Origin: Clostridia bacterium
GTDB lineage: Bacteria > Bacillota > Clostridia > RGIG6154
Direction of reading: 5' to 3'
Length of the DNA: 64,000 nt
Assembly: GCA_017409875.1 (NCBI GenBank)
Contig: JAFQRW010000008.1
Span: 38,920-102,919, forward strand
Shown: one piece after another, positions 49,429 to 61,284 of the stretch
Numbering within the stretch: the stretch's first letter is position 1
How the letters are laid out: each line of letters begins with the position of its first letter
Program-made: the position numbers and the translations under genes
Notes under the pieces: model-generated
Seen by the model: only the letters and a program-made list of their open reading frames with translations
The model's database searches: none
What the model was told of the DNA's origin: nothing

Positions 49429-50019
49429 ATGTACGCATATATAAAAGGAACTCTTGAATTTACAACTCAGCAAGAGGCAATAGTAGAAGCCGGCGGAGTA
49501 GGCTACAGAATTTTCGTATCTCCAAAAACAAAGAGCAGGCTTCCCGACACAGGACGTGAAGTAAAGCTTTACACTCATTTTGTTGTAAGAGAAGACGCAA
49601 TGGAGCTTTATGGATTTTCATCAGCAGAAGAGCTTTTTGTGTACGAGCAGCTGATTTCTGTTTCAGGTGTTGGCCCCAAAGTGGGACTTGCAATATTATC
49701 AGCAATGGAGCCTAACGAATTTGTTGCAGCAGTTGTAACAAATGACGTTACAGCAATTACTAAAGCTCAGGGAGTTGGCGCAAAACTTGCTGCAAGAATT
49801 GTTTTAGAGCTTAAAGATAAAATGCAAAAAGAAAGCGCTGAGCTTGACTTGGAAATTATTTCACCTAAAGAAGATGTAGTTGATGCAGGCGAAGCAGTTG
49901 AAGCACTTTTGGCTCTTGGGTATACTGCAGCTGAAGCTAAAAGAGCAGTTAGTGGGCTTTCGGGCTCGGTTGAAGAAATTATAAGCCAGGCACTCAAGAA
50001 TTTAATGAGAAGAGGGTAA
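49429..50019 (+). CDS. ruvA: Holliday junction DNA helicase RuvA
   Basis: N-terminal OB domain MYAYIKG, HhH pair and C-terminal domain III. Confidence 0.85.
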   Translation: MYAYIKGTLEFTTQQEAIVEAGGVGYRIFVSPKTKSRLPDTGREVKLYTHFVVREDAMELYGFSSAEELFVYEQLISVSGVGPKVGLAILSAMEPNEFVAAVVTNDVTAITKAQGVGAKLAARIVLELKDKMQKESAELDLEIISPKEDVVDAGEAVEALLALGYTAAEAKRAVSGLSGSVEEIISQALKNLMRRG

Positions 50020-50023
50020 TTAA

Positions 50024-51028
50024 ATGGAAGATAGAATCATAACATCTACATATACAACAGATGATGAGGATATTGAGGTTTCATTGAGGCCAAGAACACT
50101 TTCAGAGTATGTGGGACAGTCTAAAGCAAAGGAAAACTTAGAAGTTTTTATCGAAGCGGCAAAAATGAGAAATGAGCCTTTAGACCATATTCTTCTGTAC
50201 GGTCCTCCGGGACTTGGAAAAACAACGCTTGCAAGCATTATTTCAAATGAAATGGGAGTAAATATCAGAATTACGTCAGGGCCTGCTATTGAAAGACCGG
50301 GCGATCTGGCTGCCATTATTTCCAATCTTTCAACAAATGATATTTTATTTATAGACGAAATTCACAGACTTAACAGAAGTGTTGAAGAAATACTTTATCC
50401 TGCAATGGAAGACTTTGTAATTGACATTGTGTATGGTAAGGGCGTTTCTGCTAAAACTGTGCGTGTTGCACTTCCTAAGTTTACCTTAATAGGCGCAACC
50501 ACAAGGGCGGGAATGTTATCATCGCCTCTTCGTGACAGGTTTGGATTTATCAGCAGACTTGAAATGTATACAAAAGAAGAGCTTACTGATATTGTTACCC
50601 GTTCGGCAAGAATTTTAGATATTATAATTGAAAAAGACGGAGCACAAGAAATTGCAAAAAGGTCAAGAGGGACACCAAGAATTGCAAACAGGCTTTTAAA
50701 GCGTGTGCGTGACTATGCGCAGATAAAAGCAGACGGAGTTATCACAAGAGAAGTAGCCGATAAAGCACTTGATATGATGGAAGTGGATAAATTAGGGTTA
50801 GACAGTATTGACAGAAGAATTCTTTCTACTATTATAAATAACTTCGGCGGTGGACCTGTTGGACTTGATACAATTGCAGCATCTATAGGCGAAGAGGGTA
50901 ATACAATAGAAGATGTGTGCGAACCTTATCTTTTGCAGCAGGGCTTTATAACCAGAACTGCAAGAGGAAGATGCGCGACAAGGCTTGCTTATGATTATAT
51001 GCACATTCCTTATGATGAAAAAGCGTAA
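50024..51028 (+). CDS. ruvB: Holliday junction DNA helicase RuvB
   Basis: AAA+ Walker [10 protein letters not shown] and Walker [10 protein letters not shown]. Confidence 0.9.
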   Translation: MEDRIITSTYTTDDEDIEVSLRPRTLSEYVGQSKAKENLEVFIEAAKMRNEPLDHILLYGPPGLGKTTLASIISNEMGVNIRITSGPAIERPGDLAAIISNLSTNDILFIDEIHRLNRSVEEILYPAMEDFVIDIVYGKGVSAKTVRVALPKFTLIGATTRAGMLSSPLRDRFGFISRLEMYTKEELTDIVTRSARILDIIIEKDGAQEIAKRSRGTPRIANRLLKRVRDYAQIKADGVITREVADKALDMMEVDKLGLDSIDRRILSTIINNFGGGPVGLDTIAASIGEEGNTIEDVCEPYLLQQGFITRTARGRCATRLAYDYMHIPYDEKA

Positions 51029-51108
51029 AAACACGCAAAAATCTAAAAAAACAAAAGTAAATATAGCAAAATTTAAAAAAATAAAGGAAATGGGCTTATA
51101 AAGTAAGG

Positions 51109-51136
51109 TTGAAAAAAATATTTAAAGTGGTAAAAT
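51109..51136 (+). promoter_or_regulatory. Sigma-A-type promoter of groESL
   Basis: TTGAAA, 16-nt spacer, TAAAAT, immediately upstream of CIRCE. Confidence 0.45.
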
Positions 51137-51144
51137 ATACCTTG

Positions 51145-51171
51145 TTAGCACTCTAAAGATGTGAGTGCTAA
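51145..51171 (+). promoter_or_regulatory. CIRCE operator (HrcA-binding inverted repeat)
   Basis: TTAGCACTC-N9-GAGTGCTAA perfect consensus, 29 nt upstream of groES. Confidence 0.9.
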
Positions 51172-51199
51172 TTCAAAGAAACAGAGAGGAGAATGCTAA

Positions 51200-51484
<285 letters not shown>

Positions 51485-51502
51485 ATAATAGGAGGAATTT
51501 AA

Positions 51503-53134
<1,632 letters not shown>

Positions 53135-53146
53135 TAAATAAAATTT

Positions 53147-53180
53147 AAAGAAAGCAGAACTTTTCTGCTTTCTTTTTTTA
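53147..53180 (+). terminator. Rho-independent terminator after groEL
   Basis: aaagaaagcagaa-cttt-tctgctttcttt followed by a T7 tract. Confidence 0.8.
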
Positions 53181-53258
53181 TAGCTAAGTTTTAATGAAAT
53201 ATTATTTGTTATAGGACAAAACCTTCCTGAGTATTATTAATCAAGGAGGTTTTTTGTT

Positions 53259-53642
53259 ATGGAGAAAGGTTTGTTTGGGGCGTCTGCTTTTACTTCCGGG
53301 AGAATTCTCCCTATACAAGGGGTGCAGGTTTATGTATCAAGCTTACAAAACGGTACAGAAACACTTTTATACTCACTTTTAACAGATGAAAATGGGAATA
53401 CACCGATAGTTGAACTTGATGCGCCTGATATGGCACTTTCGGAAAGTCCTGGAAATTACAGACCGTTTTCAGTGTATAACGTAAGAGCGATAAAAGATGG
53501 CTTTTTCAGGACGTTAATTAAAGACGTTCAGGTATTTGCAAAAAGGACAACAATTCAAAATATTGATATGATACCACTTCCTAAAAATACCGACGGAATT
53601 GACACGACTAATACCTTTATTGTTTTACCGCAAAATTTATAA
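53259..53642 (+). CDS. Hypothetical protein (127 aa), probably co-transcribed with the SpoIID-domain gene
   Basis: AAGGAGG SD. Beta-rich prediction. No motif recognised. Confidence 0.4.
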   Translation: MEKGLFGASAFTSGRILPIQGVQVYVSSLQNGTETLLYSLLTDENGNTPIVELDAPDMALSESPGNYRPFSVYNVRAIKDGFFRTLIKDVQVFAKRTTIQNIDMIPLPKNTDGIDTTNTFIVLPQNL

Positions 53643-53654
53643 GGGAGGAATAGT

Positions 53655-55595
53655 ATGGCTATAAGATATCCAACCATACCCGAATATATAACTGTTCATT
53701 TAGGACCGCCTGACTCAAATGCAAGAAATGTAACTTTATCATTTCCGGATTACATTAAAAATGTGGCGTCTGGCGAAATTTATCCTACATGGCCTGAAAG
53801 TGCTTTAAGGGCTAATATTTATGCACAGATTTCTTATGCATTAAACAGAGTATATTTAGAATACTATCGTTCAAGAGGTTATGATTTCGACATAACATCC
53901 ACTACTGCTTTGGATCAGAGCTTCGAAGAGGGGAGAAACATATTTGAAAATATTTCACTCATTGTTGATGAAATTTTCAATTCGTATATCAAAAGAGAAG
54001 AAAATTTAGAACCATTGGCAGCCAAATTTTGCAATGGAACTACAACTACCTGTGAGGGATTATCACAATGGGGTTCAGTTGATTTGGCAAATCAGGGGCT
54101 TGGCGCGTATGATATTTTAACTAACTATTACGGAGATGATATAGTGTTGGTGGAAGATGTTGCGATTGACGGAATTTCAGAGTCTTATCCCGGAACACCT
54201 TTAAGGCGTGGCGACAGCGGATTTAATGTTATAGTAATTCAAAGGTCATTAAATGGTATTTCCAATAATTATCCTGCCATTCCAAAAATAAATCCCGTAA
54301 ACGGCGTTTTTGATGAAAACACTGAAAATGCAGTAAGAAAATTTCAGGAGATTTTTAAGCTCACAGTTGACGGAATTGTAGGGCGAGTAACATGGTACAG
54401 GTTGGTTGAACTGTTTGTTGGTATAAAACGGCTTTCTGAACTTGAGTCGGAAGGGGTAAGGCTTTCAGAATTTCCGACAGTGAATGGAACAGTGCAAACT
54501 TCTGCAAAAATCGCTAAAACTATTGAACAAACGACACAAAATACTTTAAGAATAGGTAGTACAGGTCGACAAGTGTGGAATTTACAGTTTATATTGCAGT
54601 TTTTATCATACTTTTATCCAACGGCACTTCCGACAAATTTAACAGGTGTGTATACCGAAGCTACCGCAAATTCGGTGAGGGCTATGCAAAAAGAGTTTAA
54701 TCTGCCACAGACAGGGGAAGCTGACGACAAAACATTAGAAGCACTTTACAATGCCTATATAACTATTGCTGATTATTTAACATTAAGAGAGCCTTTCGAA
54801 AATCAATACTGGCTTAAACCATTTTCAGGCAGAGTGCTTTTAAGAGGAGAAACAAGTGAGGATGTAAGAGAAATTCAAAGACACATTAATTATATTTCCC
54901 GCTATGGTGGAAGTGGAGTTAAAGAAGTTTCACAGACGGGCGTTTTTGGACCCCTTACTGCACAGAGTGTATCAAGAATTCAGGATATAGCAGGACTTTC
55001 GCAAAGCGGGGCAGTTGAAAGTGCAACACATTCTGCCATAAGAAGCCAAAGCTTCGATGCTATAAGCACAGTTAACTCAAAGCCAAGACAGTATCCGGGA
55101 TTTACACTCTCAAGGGGAGATAGTGACAGTGACTTAAGGCAGAATAATAAAACAATTTCAACGCCCGTAATGCATGCTCAGCAAAAGTTAAGACGGATAT
55201 CTAATGATAAAGAAATTCCTGTTATAATTCCAAATGGCATTTTCGGAGATGACACTGAGCAAGCAGTGATAATAATACAAAATGATGGTGGATTAGAGCC
55301 AAACGGGGTTATCGACTATGACACATGGGAATATATAGTGCTTTTAGATATTGAATCGGAGGAAAACAGGCAGGGATTTGGCGGTGTAACTCCAAATTCA
55401 GATAATATTAACGCTTTTGCAGAAATAATGCAACAAGAGCTTCAAAAAGTATTTGTAAATATTAAAGATGCCGAAGTGCAGGAAGAACAAATAAAGGAGA
55501 TTCAAAAAATCCTTAAACTTCCGCAAACGGGGGAAATTGACAGGAAAACCTGGGAGGGGATAGTGAACTTGTATGAAAGTATTAACAGTCAGTAA
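53655..55595 (+). CDS. SpoIID/LytB-domain peptidoglycan hydrolase-like protein with four C-terminal PG_binding_1 repeats (SleC-like cortex-lytic candidate)
   Basis: N-terminal SpoIID-like region (ESALRANIYAQISYALNRVYLEYYRSRGYDFDITSTT). Four repeats of the LRRGDSG.V..IQ..LN....G.FG..T..AV..FQ PG-binding motif. Confidence 0.65.
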   Translation: MAIRYPTIPEYITVHLGPPDSNARNVTLSFPDYIKNVASGEIYPTWPESALRANIYAQISYALNRVYLEYYRSRGYDFDITSTTALDQSFEEGRNIFENISLIVDEIFNSYIKREENLEPLAAKFCNGTTTTCEGLSQWGSVDLANQGLGAYDILTNYYGDDIVLVEDVAIDGISESYPGTPLRRGDSGFNVIVIQRSLNGISNNYPAIPKINPVNGVFDENTENAVRKFQEIFKLTVDGIVGRVTWYRLVELFVGIKRLSELESEGVRLSEFPTVNGTVQTSAKIAKTIEQTTQNTLRIGSTGRQVWNLQFILQFLSYFYPTALPTNLTGVYTEATANSVRAMQKEFNLPQTGEADDKTLEALYNAYITIADYLTLREPFENQYWLKPFSGRVLLRGETSEDVREIQRHINYISRYGGSGVKEVSQTGVFGPLTAQSVSRIQDIAGLSQSGAVESATHSAIRSQSFDAISTVNSKPRQYPGFTLSRGDSDSDLRQNNKTISTPVMHAQQKLRRISNDKEIPVIIPNGIFGDDTEQAVIIIQNDGGLEPNGVIDYDTWEYIVLLDIESEENRQGFGGVTPNSDNINAFAEIMQQELQKVFVNIKDAEVQEEQIKEIQKILKLPQTGEIDRKTWEGIVNLYESINSQ

Positions 55596-55725
55596 ATGGT
55601 TGATTTTAGGACTATTAATGGCACTGATTATTATAACGTGTACACTATTTTTAAATAGCTTAAACAGAGAGCAAGAATTACCGCCTCAAATTGAGATTGT
55701 GTTGCCGGAGGGAGGGTATAAGTGA
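55573..55725 (+). CDS. Unannotated small single-TM membrane protein (50 aa; alternative 35-aa form from ATG 55618)
   Basis: MKVLTVSKWLILGLLMALIIITCTLFLNSLNREQELPPQIEIVLPEGGYK. Its stop TGA overlaps the GTG start of the downstream deacetylase (GTGA). Overlaps the 3' end of the SpoIID-domain gene by 23 nt. Confidence 0.35.
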   Translation: MKVLTVSKWLILGLLMALIIITCTLFLNSLNREQELPPQIEIVLPEGGYK

Positions 55726-56567
55726 AAGCTGTAAGATATATTTCAGTGTTTTTAATGGCGATATCAGTGTTTTGTATGGCATTTGCGATATATATTTTAT
55801 ATGTAAAAAATGTTGAGCCGGCGGGAGCAGTTAAAAACGGTAAGGAATTATGTGTTTTGATGTATCATAGCATATTAAACGATAAGAATCGCGCAGGTGA
55901 GTACATAATTACTCCTGAAATGTTTGAAAATGACTTGAAATACTTAAAAGAAAACGGCTATACAACTATAGTGACGCAGGATTTGATTAACTATGTGGAA
56001 AAAAATATGAGTTTACCCGAAAAGGCAGTGATTATAACTTTTGATGACGGGTATTACAATAATTATTCTTATGCGTATCCACTTTTAAAAAAGTATAATA
56101 TGAAAGGCGTTTTGTCAATAATTGGATATTACACCGAACAGTATTCAATGCAAAAAGTGCTTAACAACAATTATTCACACGTCACCTGGCAAATGCTTAA
56201 GCAAATGTCAGATGAAGGTGTGTTTGAGGTTCAAAATCATTCATATAATCTACATGACTTAAAAAAACGAAAGGGAATACTTAAACAAAAGAAAGAAACG
56301 AGCGAAGAATATCAAAAAATGCTTAAAGATGACCTTGTAAAAAATCAAAGATTGCTTAAAATTAATTCAGGAATAACAGCAACGGCGTTCACATGTCCTT
56401 TTGGTGCAGTAAATGATGAGGCGCTGAGCATCATTAAATCGTTGGGGTTTAAAGCAACTTATGGTTGTGAGGAGGGGTTAAATTATATAACAAAAGACCC
56501 TGAGTGCCTTTACGAACTTAAAAGGTACAACCGCACTAAAAGTTTTGATATATCAAAGATTTTGTAG
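55722..56567 (+). CDS. Polysaccharide deacetylase (NodB-homology, CE4) with N-terminal TM anchor
   Basis: ITFDDGY metal-binding motif and H-containing NodB motifs. GTG start after GGAGGGAGGG. Confidence 0.8.
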   Translation: MKAVRYISVFLMAISVFCMAFAIYILYVKNVEPAGAVKNGKELCVLMYHSILNDKNRAGEYIITPEMFENDLKYLKENGYTTIVTQDLINYVEKNMSLPEKAVIITFDDGYYNNYSYAYPLLKKYNMKGVLSIIGYYTEQYSMQKVLNNNYSHVTWQMLKQMSDEGVFEVQNHSYNLHDLKKRKGILKQKKETSEEYQKMLKDDLVKNQRLLKINSGITATAFTCPFGAVNDEALSIIKSLGFKATYGCEEGLNYITKDPECLYELKRYNRTKSFDISKIL

Positions 56568-56634
56568 CACATTTTAAGCTTTTAGAATATTATGTAGTAT
56601 ATATTTTAAGAGCGCAAGGGAGGACGAAATATAA

Positions 56635-57984
56635 ATGTGCAACATGTGCGGGATTGTTTCGATAGGCTTACGCCCCGAAAGCTCTTACTGGCGAAAAATG
56701 TGTGAATATATCACAGGCTCAAACAAAAATTCTTTTCAGGAAAACGGATGCAGTGCATCATCAAACTGCGACTTTTATGTTAAAGATGTAGCAGATAAAA
56801 AGTGCTTTGTGGCTTTTGACGGAGAAATTAATAATTATGACAGACTTAGAAAAAACTTGCAGATGCGGGGGGCAGTTTTTGCGACAGAAAGCTGTGCAGA
56901 ACTAATACTGCACAGTTATTTTGCGTTTGGGAAAACTGCATTTAAAAACCTTCATGGAAGTTTTGCTATAGCAATATGGGACGGATATAAACAAGAATTA
57001 ATACTTGTGCGTGACAAAATAGGCTTTAAACCGCTTTTTTATTATTTTGATGGTACTCGACTGGTGTTTTCGTCAAGAATATGTGGCGTTTTAAAGTTTC
57101 CTTTTGTCAAAAAAGATTTTTGCGATGATATATATTGCAAGCTGTTTACATTAGCAGGGAGCAAATTGGCATTTGATACGCTTTTTGACAAAATTTATGA
57201 GGTGCCACCATCGGCGATAGTAACTTACAGGTCAGGCAGAATAAAAACAGAGAATTATTTTATGTTCGATATGGAAAGCACAACTGACAGCTTTTCTCAA
57301 ACACTAAAGGGACTTGATTTTTTGCTTGCAGACAGACATTTTGACTTAGTTATGACAGAAAAACCAATGTTGCAAAATGAACTTGAAAATAAAATAAAAG
57401 AGTATGTGCTAATATCCCACCTGCCCTCGCCATACATAGATTTAAACGATTTGAGCAATTTAGGAAGCACACAAAGGTATGTAAGCAGTATTAATTTATT
57501 TACAATTCCCAAAAGATTTAAGTTGCCAATAAAAAACTGCGAAGGTGCAGACCGTGAGTTTGTTAATGACTTTTTATCAACACTTCCGCCGTTTTCATAC
57601 ACGGATGAAAAAGATATAACAATCAAAGAAGAAATGTATATTAAAATGTCTGTGGTGCTTCCTCAGGTAATCACGGCAAAAACATCAGCTTGTGAGAACA
57701 TAGTGTTTCCTTATCTTCAGGAGCAGATTTTCGAGTATTGCTTAAAAAGTATGAAATATAAAGAAAGACTGCTAAGAACATATTTTGTAAGCAAAAAACC
57801 AAAACCGCTTAAAGAAAACATAAAGGTACTAAAAAAGCTTTTTAGTAAAATGATTTCTGATAAAAATGCGATGCTGGGACTTGTGCAAAGGGAAGAACTT
57901 TTAAGGTTTACACGTCTTTTTCCAAGACCTGAAACTATGCTTTATCTTTTGCAGGCAGACATGTGGCTTAATATGTTTTTATAA
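56635..57984 (+). CDS. Asparagine-synthetase-B-like protein: class II (Ntn) glutamine amidotransferase domain fused to a divergent C-terminal domain lacking the PP-loop
   Basis: MC(NMC)GIV N-terminus, AFDGEINNYDRLRKNL and GSFAIAIWD motifs of the GATase-2 fold. No SGGxDS ATP-pyrophosphatase motif in the C-terminal 250 aa. Confidence 0.6.
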   Translation: MCNMCGIVSIGLRPESSYWRKMCEYITGSNKNSFQENGCSASSNCDFYVKDVADKKCFVAFDGEINNYDRLRKNLQMRGAVFATESCAELILHSYFAFGKTAFKNLHGSFAIAIWDGYKQELILVRDKIGFKPLFYYFDGTRLVFSSRICGVLKFPFVKKDFCDDIYCKLFTLAGSKLAFDTLFDKIYEVPPSAIVTYRSGRIKTENYFMFDMESTTDSFSQTLKGLDFLLADRHFDLVMTEKPMLQNELENKIKEYVLISHLPSPYIDLNDLSNLGSTQRYVSSINLFTIPKRFKLPIKNCEGADREFVNDFLSTLPPFSYTDEKDITIKEEMYIKMSVVLPQVITAKTSACENIVFPYLQEQIFEYCLKSMKYKERLLRTYFVSKKPKPLKENIKVLKKLFSKMISDKNAMLGLVQREELLRFTRLFPRPETMLYLLQADMWLNMFL

Positions 57985-58049
57985 AACAGAAAAACAAAAA
58001 AACAACATACTTATAGAGTGCGAAATATTAGGCTTTTTTGGGGCTTTTG

Positions 58050-58080
58050 GTGTTGACTTTTTGTATTAAATATGATACTA
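58050..58080 (+). promoter_or_regulatory. Sigma-A-type promoter upstream of GH31-like gene
   Basis: TTGACT, 17-nt spacer, TACTAT. Confidence 0.4.
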
Positions 58081-58106
58081 TAACTGCATAAGATAAAGAA
58101 GGAGAG

Positions 58107-60269
58107 ATGGTTATGAAACTTATAACATTGTCTGATAATATTTGCCATATTACTGAAGGCAATCCTCAAAGATCAATGTTATACCGTTACAATATACTTA
58201 CAAAAGATGGTAGCTTTGAGCATGATAACGGAATTGAAATTACAAATGGCACCTTTTCTTTAGACACAAAAAGAAAAGTAGAAGTTGTTACAGAGAAAAA
58301 AGAAAAGGGCTATAAAATAAGTATTGGTCTTTCAGAAAAAGAGCGTCTTTTTGGTTTGGGTGATGCTACACGAAAAAATGTTCAGATGCGCGGTCAGCGT
58401 ATTGTTATTAACATAAAAAATGTTGTTTCATACGGTTCGATGCCAGTACTTTTAAGTACTGATGGATGGGCTATAGTTTTAAACACTACATACAAAAGTG
58501 TGTTTGATTGTGCAAAAACAGATGCAGACAAACTTGTAATCAGCGTTTCAAACGGCGATATTGATTTTTACATGTTTAAAGCAGATAGCTTAATGGCTTT
58601 GATTGGAAATATTACACAGATTACAGGCAGACCGGTTATTCTTCCTAAATTTGCTTACGGTCTTACGTTCGTTCAGAACGAGGATGCTGATGCAAGAAGT
58701 ATGCTTTGGGATATCAATACACTCCGTTCCAAAAATATACCGTGTGATATAATGGGATTAGAGCCTACATGGATGTCAAAAAAGTATGACTATAGCGTTA
58801 ACAAGGAGTGGAATAAAGAAAAATTTGAGCTTCCTAGATGGCTTCCTGAAAACAACAGTAACCATTTTACTTTCTTTTATCCAATGAGAAAAATGGGTAT
58901 GCAGCTCAGCTTGTGGCTGTGTGAAAACTATGACCTTCTTTATGCAGAAGATAACAATCTTCAACAAGAAACAGAAAATGAATTTACCGAAGATGCAATT
59001 ATTCTTGATGATAATTTTGCCAGAGATGTAAGAATTGACGAATATACAAAAATTGACGAGCCTTGGTTTGAACACTTGAAAAAATTTGTAGATAACGGAG
59101 CAGCAGCGTTTAAGCTGGATGGGTCCACTCAGGTTATAGACCATCCTGACAGACTGTGGGGTGGAAAGTACACAGACGATGAAGTGCATAATGTGTATCC
59201 TGTGCTTTTGGTTAAGCAGATGCTTGAAGGTTATCGTGAGTATACTGACAGAAGAGTACTGTTATATAGTGCAGGTGCATACGTAGGCACACAAAAGTAT
59301 GCAGCAACCTGGGCAGGAGATACAGGCGGAGGTCCGAAAACAGTAGCTTCACTTTTGAACTATGCAATGTGTGGACATTCTAATACATCTTGCGATATTG
59401 ATGTAAACCCGGGCGGTTTCCACTATGGATTTTTGCTTCCTTGGGCACAGTATTTTTGCTGGGCAAGCTGGAAATATCCTTGGTTTATGGGTGACGAGAT
59501 TGAAGAAATGGCAAGATATTATTCCAATTTGCGTTCAAGCCTTATTCCATATCTTTATACAATGGCACATAAGGCGTATGAAACAGGCTTGCCTGTTATG
59601 AGACCGTTGCCGCTTATGTATGAAGATACAGACAAATTTGATGATGTGAAAAACGCATATATGCTTGGAGATAATTTGTATGTCGGCGTTTTTGATATGG
59701 ATTTAAAACTTCCACAGGGCCGTTGGGTTGACTATTTTACAGGCGATGTTTACGAAGGTGATATAAGCTATAATATACCCGAGGGCAGAGGCGGTGCTCT
59801 CTTTGTGAAAGAGGGAAGCGTTTTTGTTACAATGAAACCGCAAAAGTATGTTTTAGAAAAGCAACACGATTACATAATAAATGTTTACCCAGGAAAAGAA
59901 GACAGCAGTTTTTCATTGTATGAAGATGATGGATTTACATTTGATTATGAAAAGGGAATATTTGCAACAACTTTGATTGAAACGAAAAACACTTCTGAAC
60001 ATGGATTTGACCTTGTTATTCATAAAAGAGAAGGTGAGTTTGCAGGAAGACCTGATAACGGACATAATATCGTAAAAAATTCTATTCCTGAGATTAAAGG
60101 AATCCAACCCGAAAAAGATATGACTGTTGAAGTGTATGGTAAAAAACCTTTGGCAATTTTGCTTGGGGATAAAGAAATTGAATTTGAGTTTGATGGCAGA
60201 AAATCAACATTTATTGCACCAACACAAAACAGAGGTCAGAACAACATTGAGTTTAAGATTAAGTACTGA
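58107..60269 (+). CDS. GH31-like glycoside hydrolase (divergent catalytic motifs)
   Basis: WAGDTGGG (cf. GH31 WTGDN) and CDIMGLEP (cf. WxDMNE) suggest the GH31 fold with substitutions near the nucleophile. Confidence 0.55.
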   Translation: MVMKLITLSDNICHITEGNPQRSMLYRYNILTKDGSFEHDNGIEITNGTFSLDTKRKVEVVTEKKEKGYKISIGLSEKERLFGLGDATRKNVQMRGQRIVINIKNVVSYGSMPVLLSTDGWAIVLNTTYKSVFDCAKTDADKLVISVSNGDIDFYMFKADSLMALIGNITQITGRPVILPKFAYGLTFVQNEDADARSMLWDINTLRSKNIPCDIMGLEPTWMSKKYDYSVNKEWNKEKFELPRWLPENNSNHFTFFYPMRKMGMQLSLWLCENYDLLYAEDNNLQQETENEFTEDAIILDDNFARDVRIDEYTKIDEPWFEHLKKFVDNGAAAFKLDGSTQVIDHPDRLWGGKYTDDEVHNVYPVLLVKQMLEGYREYTDRRVLLYSAGAYVGTQKYAATWAGDTGGGPKTVASLLNYAMCGHSNTSCDIDVNPGGFHYGFLLPWAQYFCWASWKYPWFMGDEIEEMARYYSNLRSSLIPYLYTMAHKAYETGLPVMRPLPLMYEDTDKFDDVKNAYMLGDNLYVGVFDMDLKLPQGRWVDYFTGDVYEGDISYNIPEGRGGALFVKEGSVFVTMKPQKYVLEKQHDYIINVYPGKEDSSFSLYEDDGFTFDYEKGIFATTLIETKNTSEHGFDLVIHKREGEFAGRPDNGHNIVKNSIPEIKGIQPEKDMTVEVYGKKPLAILLGDKEIEFEFDGRKSTFIAPTQNRGQNNIEFKIKY

Positions 60270-60345
60270 TTTTAGAAGAACTAACTAAAATAATCAAAAT
60301 TCAGCCTTTTTGCTTATGAGCAAAAAGGCTGAAACTATATAGGAA

Positions 60346-60384
60346 TAAAAAAAAGAACTGTAAATCATTTTACAGTTCTTTTTA
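60346..60384 (-). terminator. Rho-independent terminator of tsf (bidirectional A/T flanks)
   Basis: agaactgtaaa-tcat-tttacagttct flanked by A8 and T5 tracts. Confidence 0.8.
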
Positions 60385-60396
60385 GTTAACTTTAAA

Positions 60397-61284
60397 TTAT
60401 TTTGCCATTGAAGCAACTTCTGCAGCAAAATCGTCTTCTTTCTTTTCAAGACCTTCGCCTTTTTCAAATCTTACATAATCGATGAGTTTTACACCGTTTG
60501 CTGCAAGATACTTTTCAACAGATACTTTGTCGTCTTTAACAAATTTCTGCTGAAGGAGACAGTTTTCTTCAAAGAATTTATTGATTTTACCGTCAACCAT
60601 TTTTTCTAAGATGTTTTCAGGTTTATTAGCCATTTTTGGATCTTCTTTAATCTGAGCTAAAATGATGTTTTTCTCTTTTTCAACATCTTCAGCAGGAACA
60701 ACTGATTTATCCATGTATAAAGGATTCATAGCTGCAATCTGCATAGCTGCGTCTTTAGCTGCTGTAACAGCACCGGTATTAGAAAGGTCAGCTTCTACTT
60801 TTACCATAACACCGATTTTGCCGCCCATGTGAATGTAGTCAACAACGTTTCCTTCAAAACGAGCAAATCTTCTTACATTCATATTTTCGCCAATCTTTGC
60901 GATTTTTTCTGTTAAGATATCTTTAACAGTAGCGCCTTGAATTGTTGAAGCCAAAAGTGCTTCAACATCTGCAGGATTGTTTGTAATTACCTGTTTTGCA
61001 AAGTCTTTAACCATAGTAACAAATTCTTCGTTTTTAGCAACAAAGTCTGTTTCTGAGTTAACTTCGATCATAGCGCCAACGCCGCCTTCTACAACAATGT
61101 CAACAAGACCTTCTGCAGCAATTCTTCCGCTCTTTTTAACGGCTTTAGCCATTCCTTTTTCACGAAGAATTTCAATAGCCTTGTCCATATCGCCATCAGC
61201 TTCGGTAAGAGCTTTTTTGCAATCCATCATACCACAGCCTGTTTTTTCTCTTAAATCTTTAACATCACTTGCTGTAAATGCCAT
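60397..61284 (-). CDS. tsf: Elongation factor Ts
   Basis: MAFTASDVKDLREKTGCGMMDCKKAL UBA-like N-terminus. Start set at 61284 with a GAAAGGAAGA SD. Confidence 0.9.
   Translation of the reverse strand: MAFTASDVKDLREKTGCGMMDCKKALTEADGDMDKAIEILREKGMAKAVKKSGRIAAEGLVDIVVEGGVGAMIEVNSETDFVAKNEEFVTMVKDFAKQVITNNPADVEALLASTIQGATVKDILTEKIAKIGENMNVRRFARFEGNVVDYIHMGGKIGVMVKVEADLSNTGAVTAAKDAAMQIAAMNPLYMDKSVVPAEDVEKEKNIILAQIKEDPKMANKPENILEKMVDGKINKFFEENCLLQQKFVKDDKVSVEKYLAANGVKLIDYVRFEKGEGLEKKEDDFAAEVASMAK

Noticed and set aside
60302-60331. Second hairpin (cagcctttttgc-ttatga-gcaaaaaggctg) just after the GH31 gene
   Set aside because: Probably the weak + strand terminator of the GH31 gene. Lacks a clear U-tract. 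Not reported as a separate feature.
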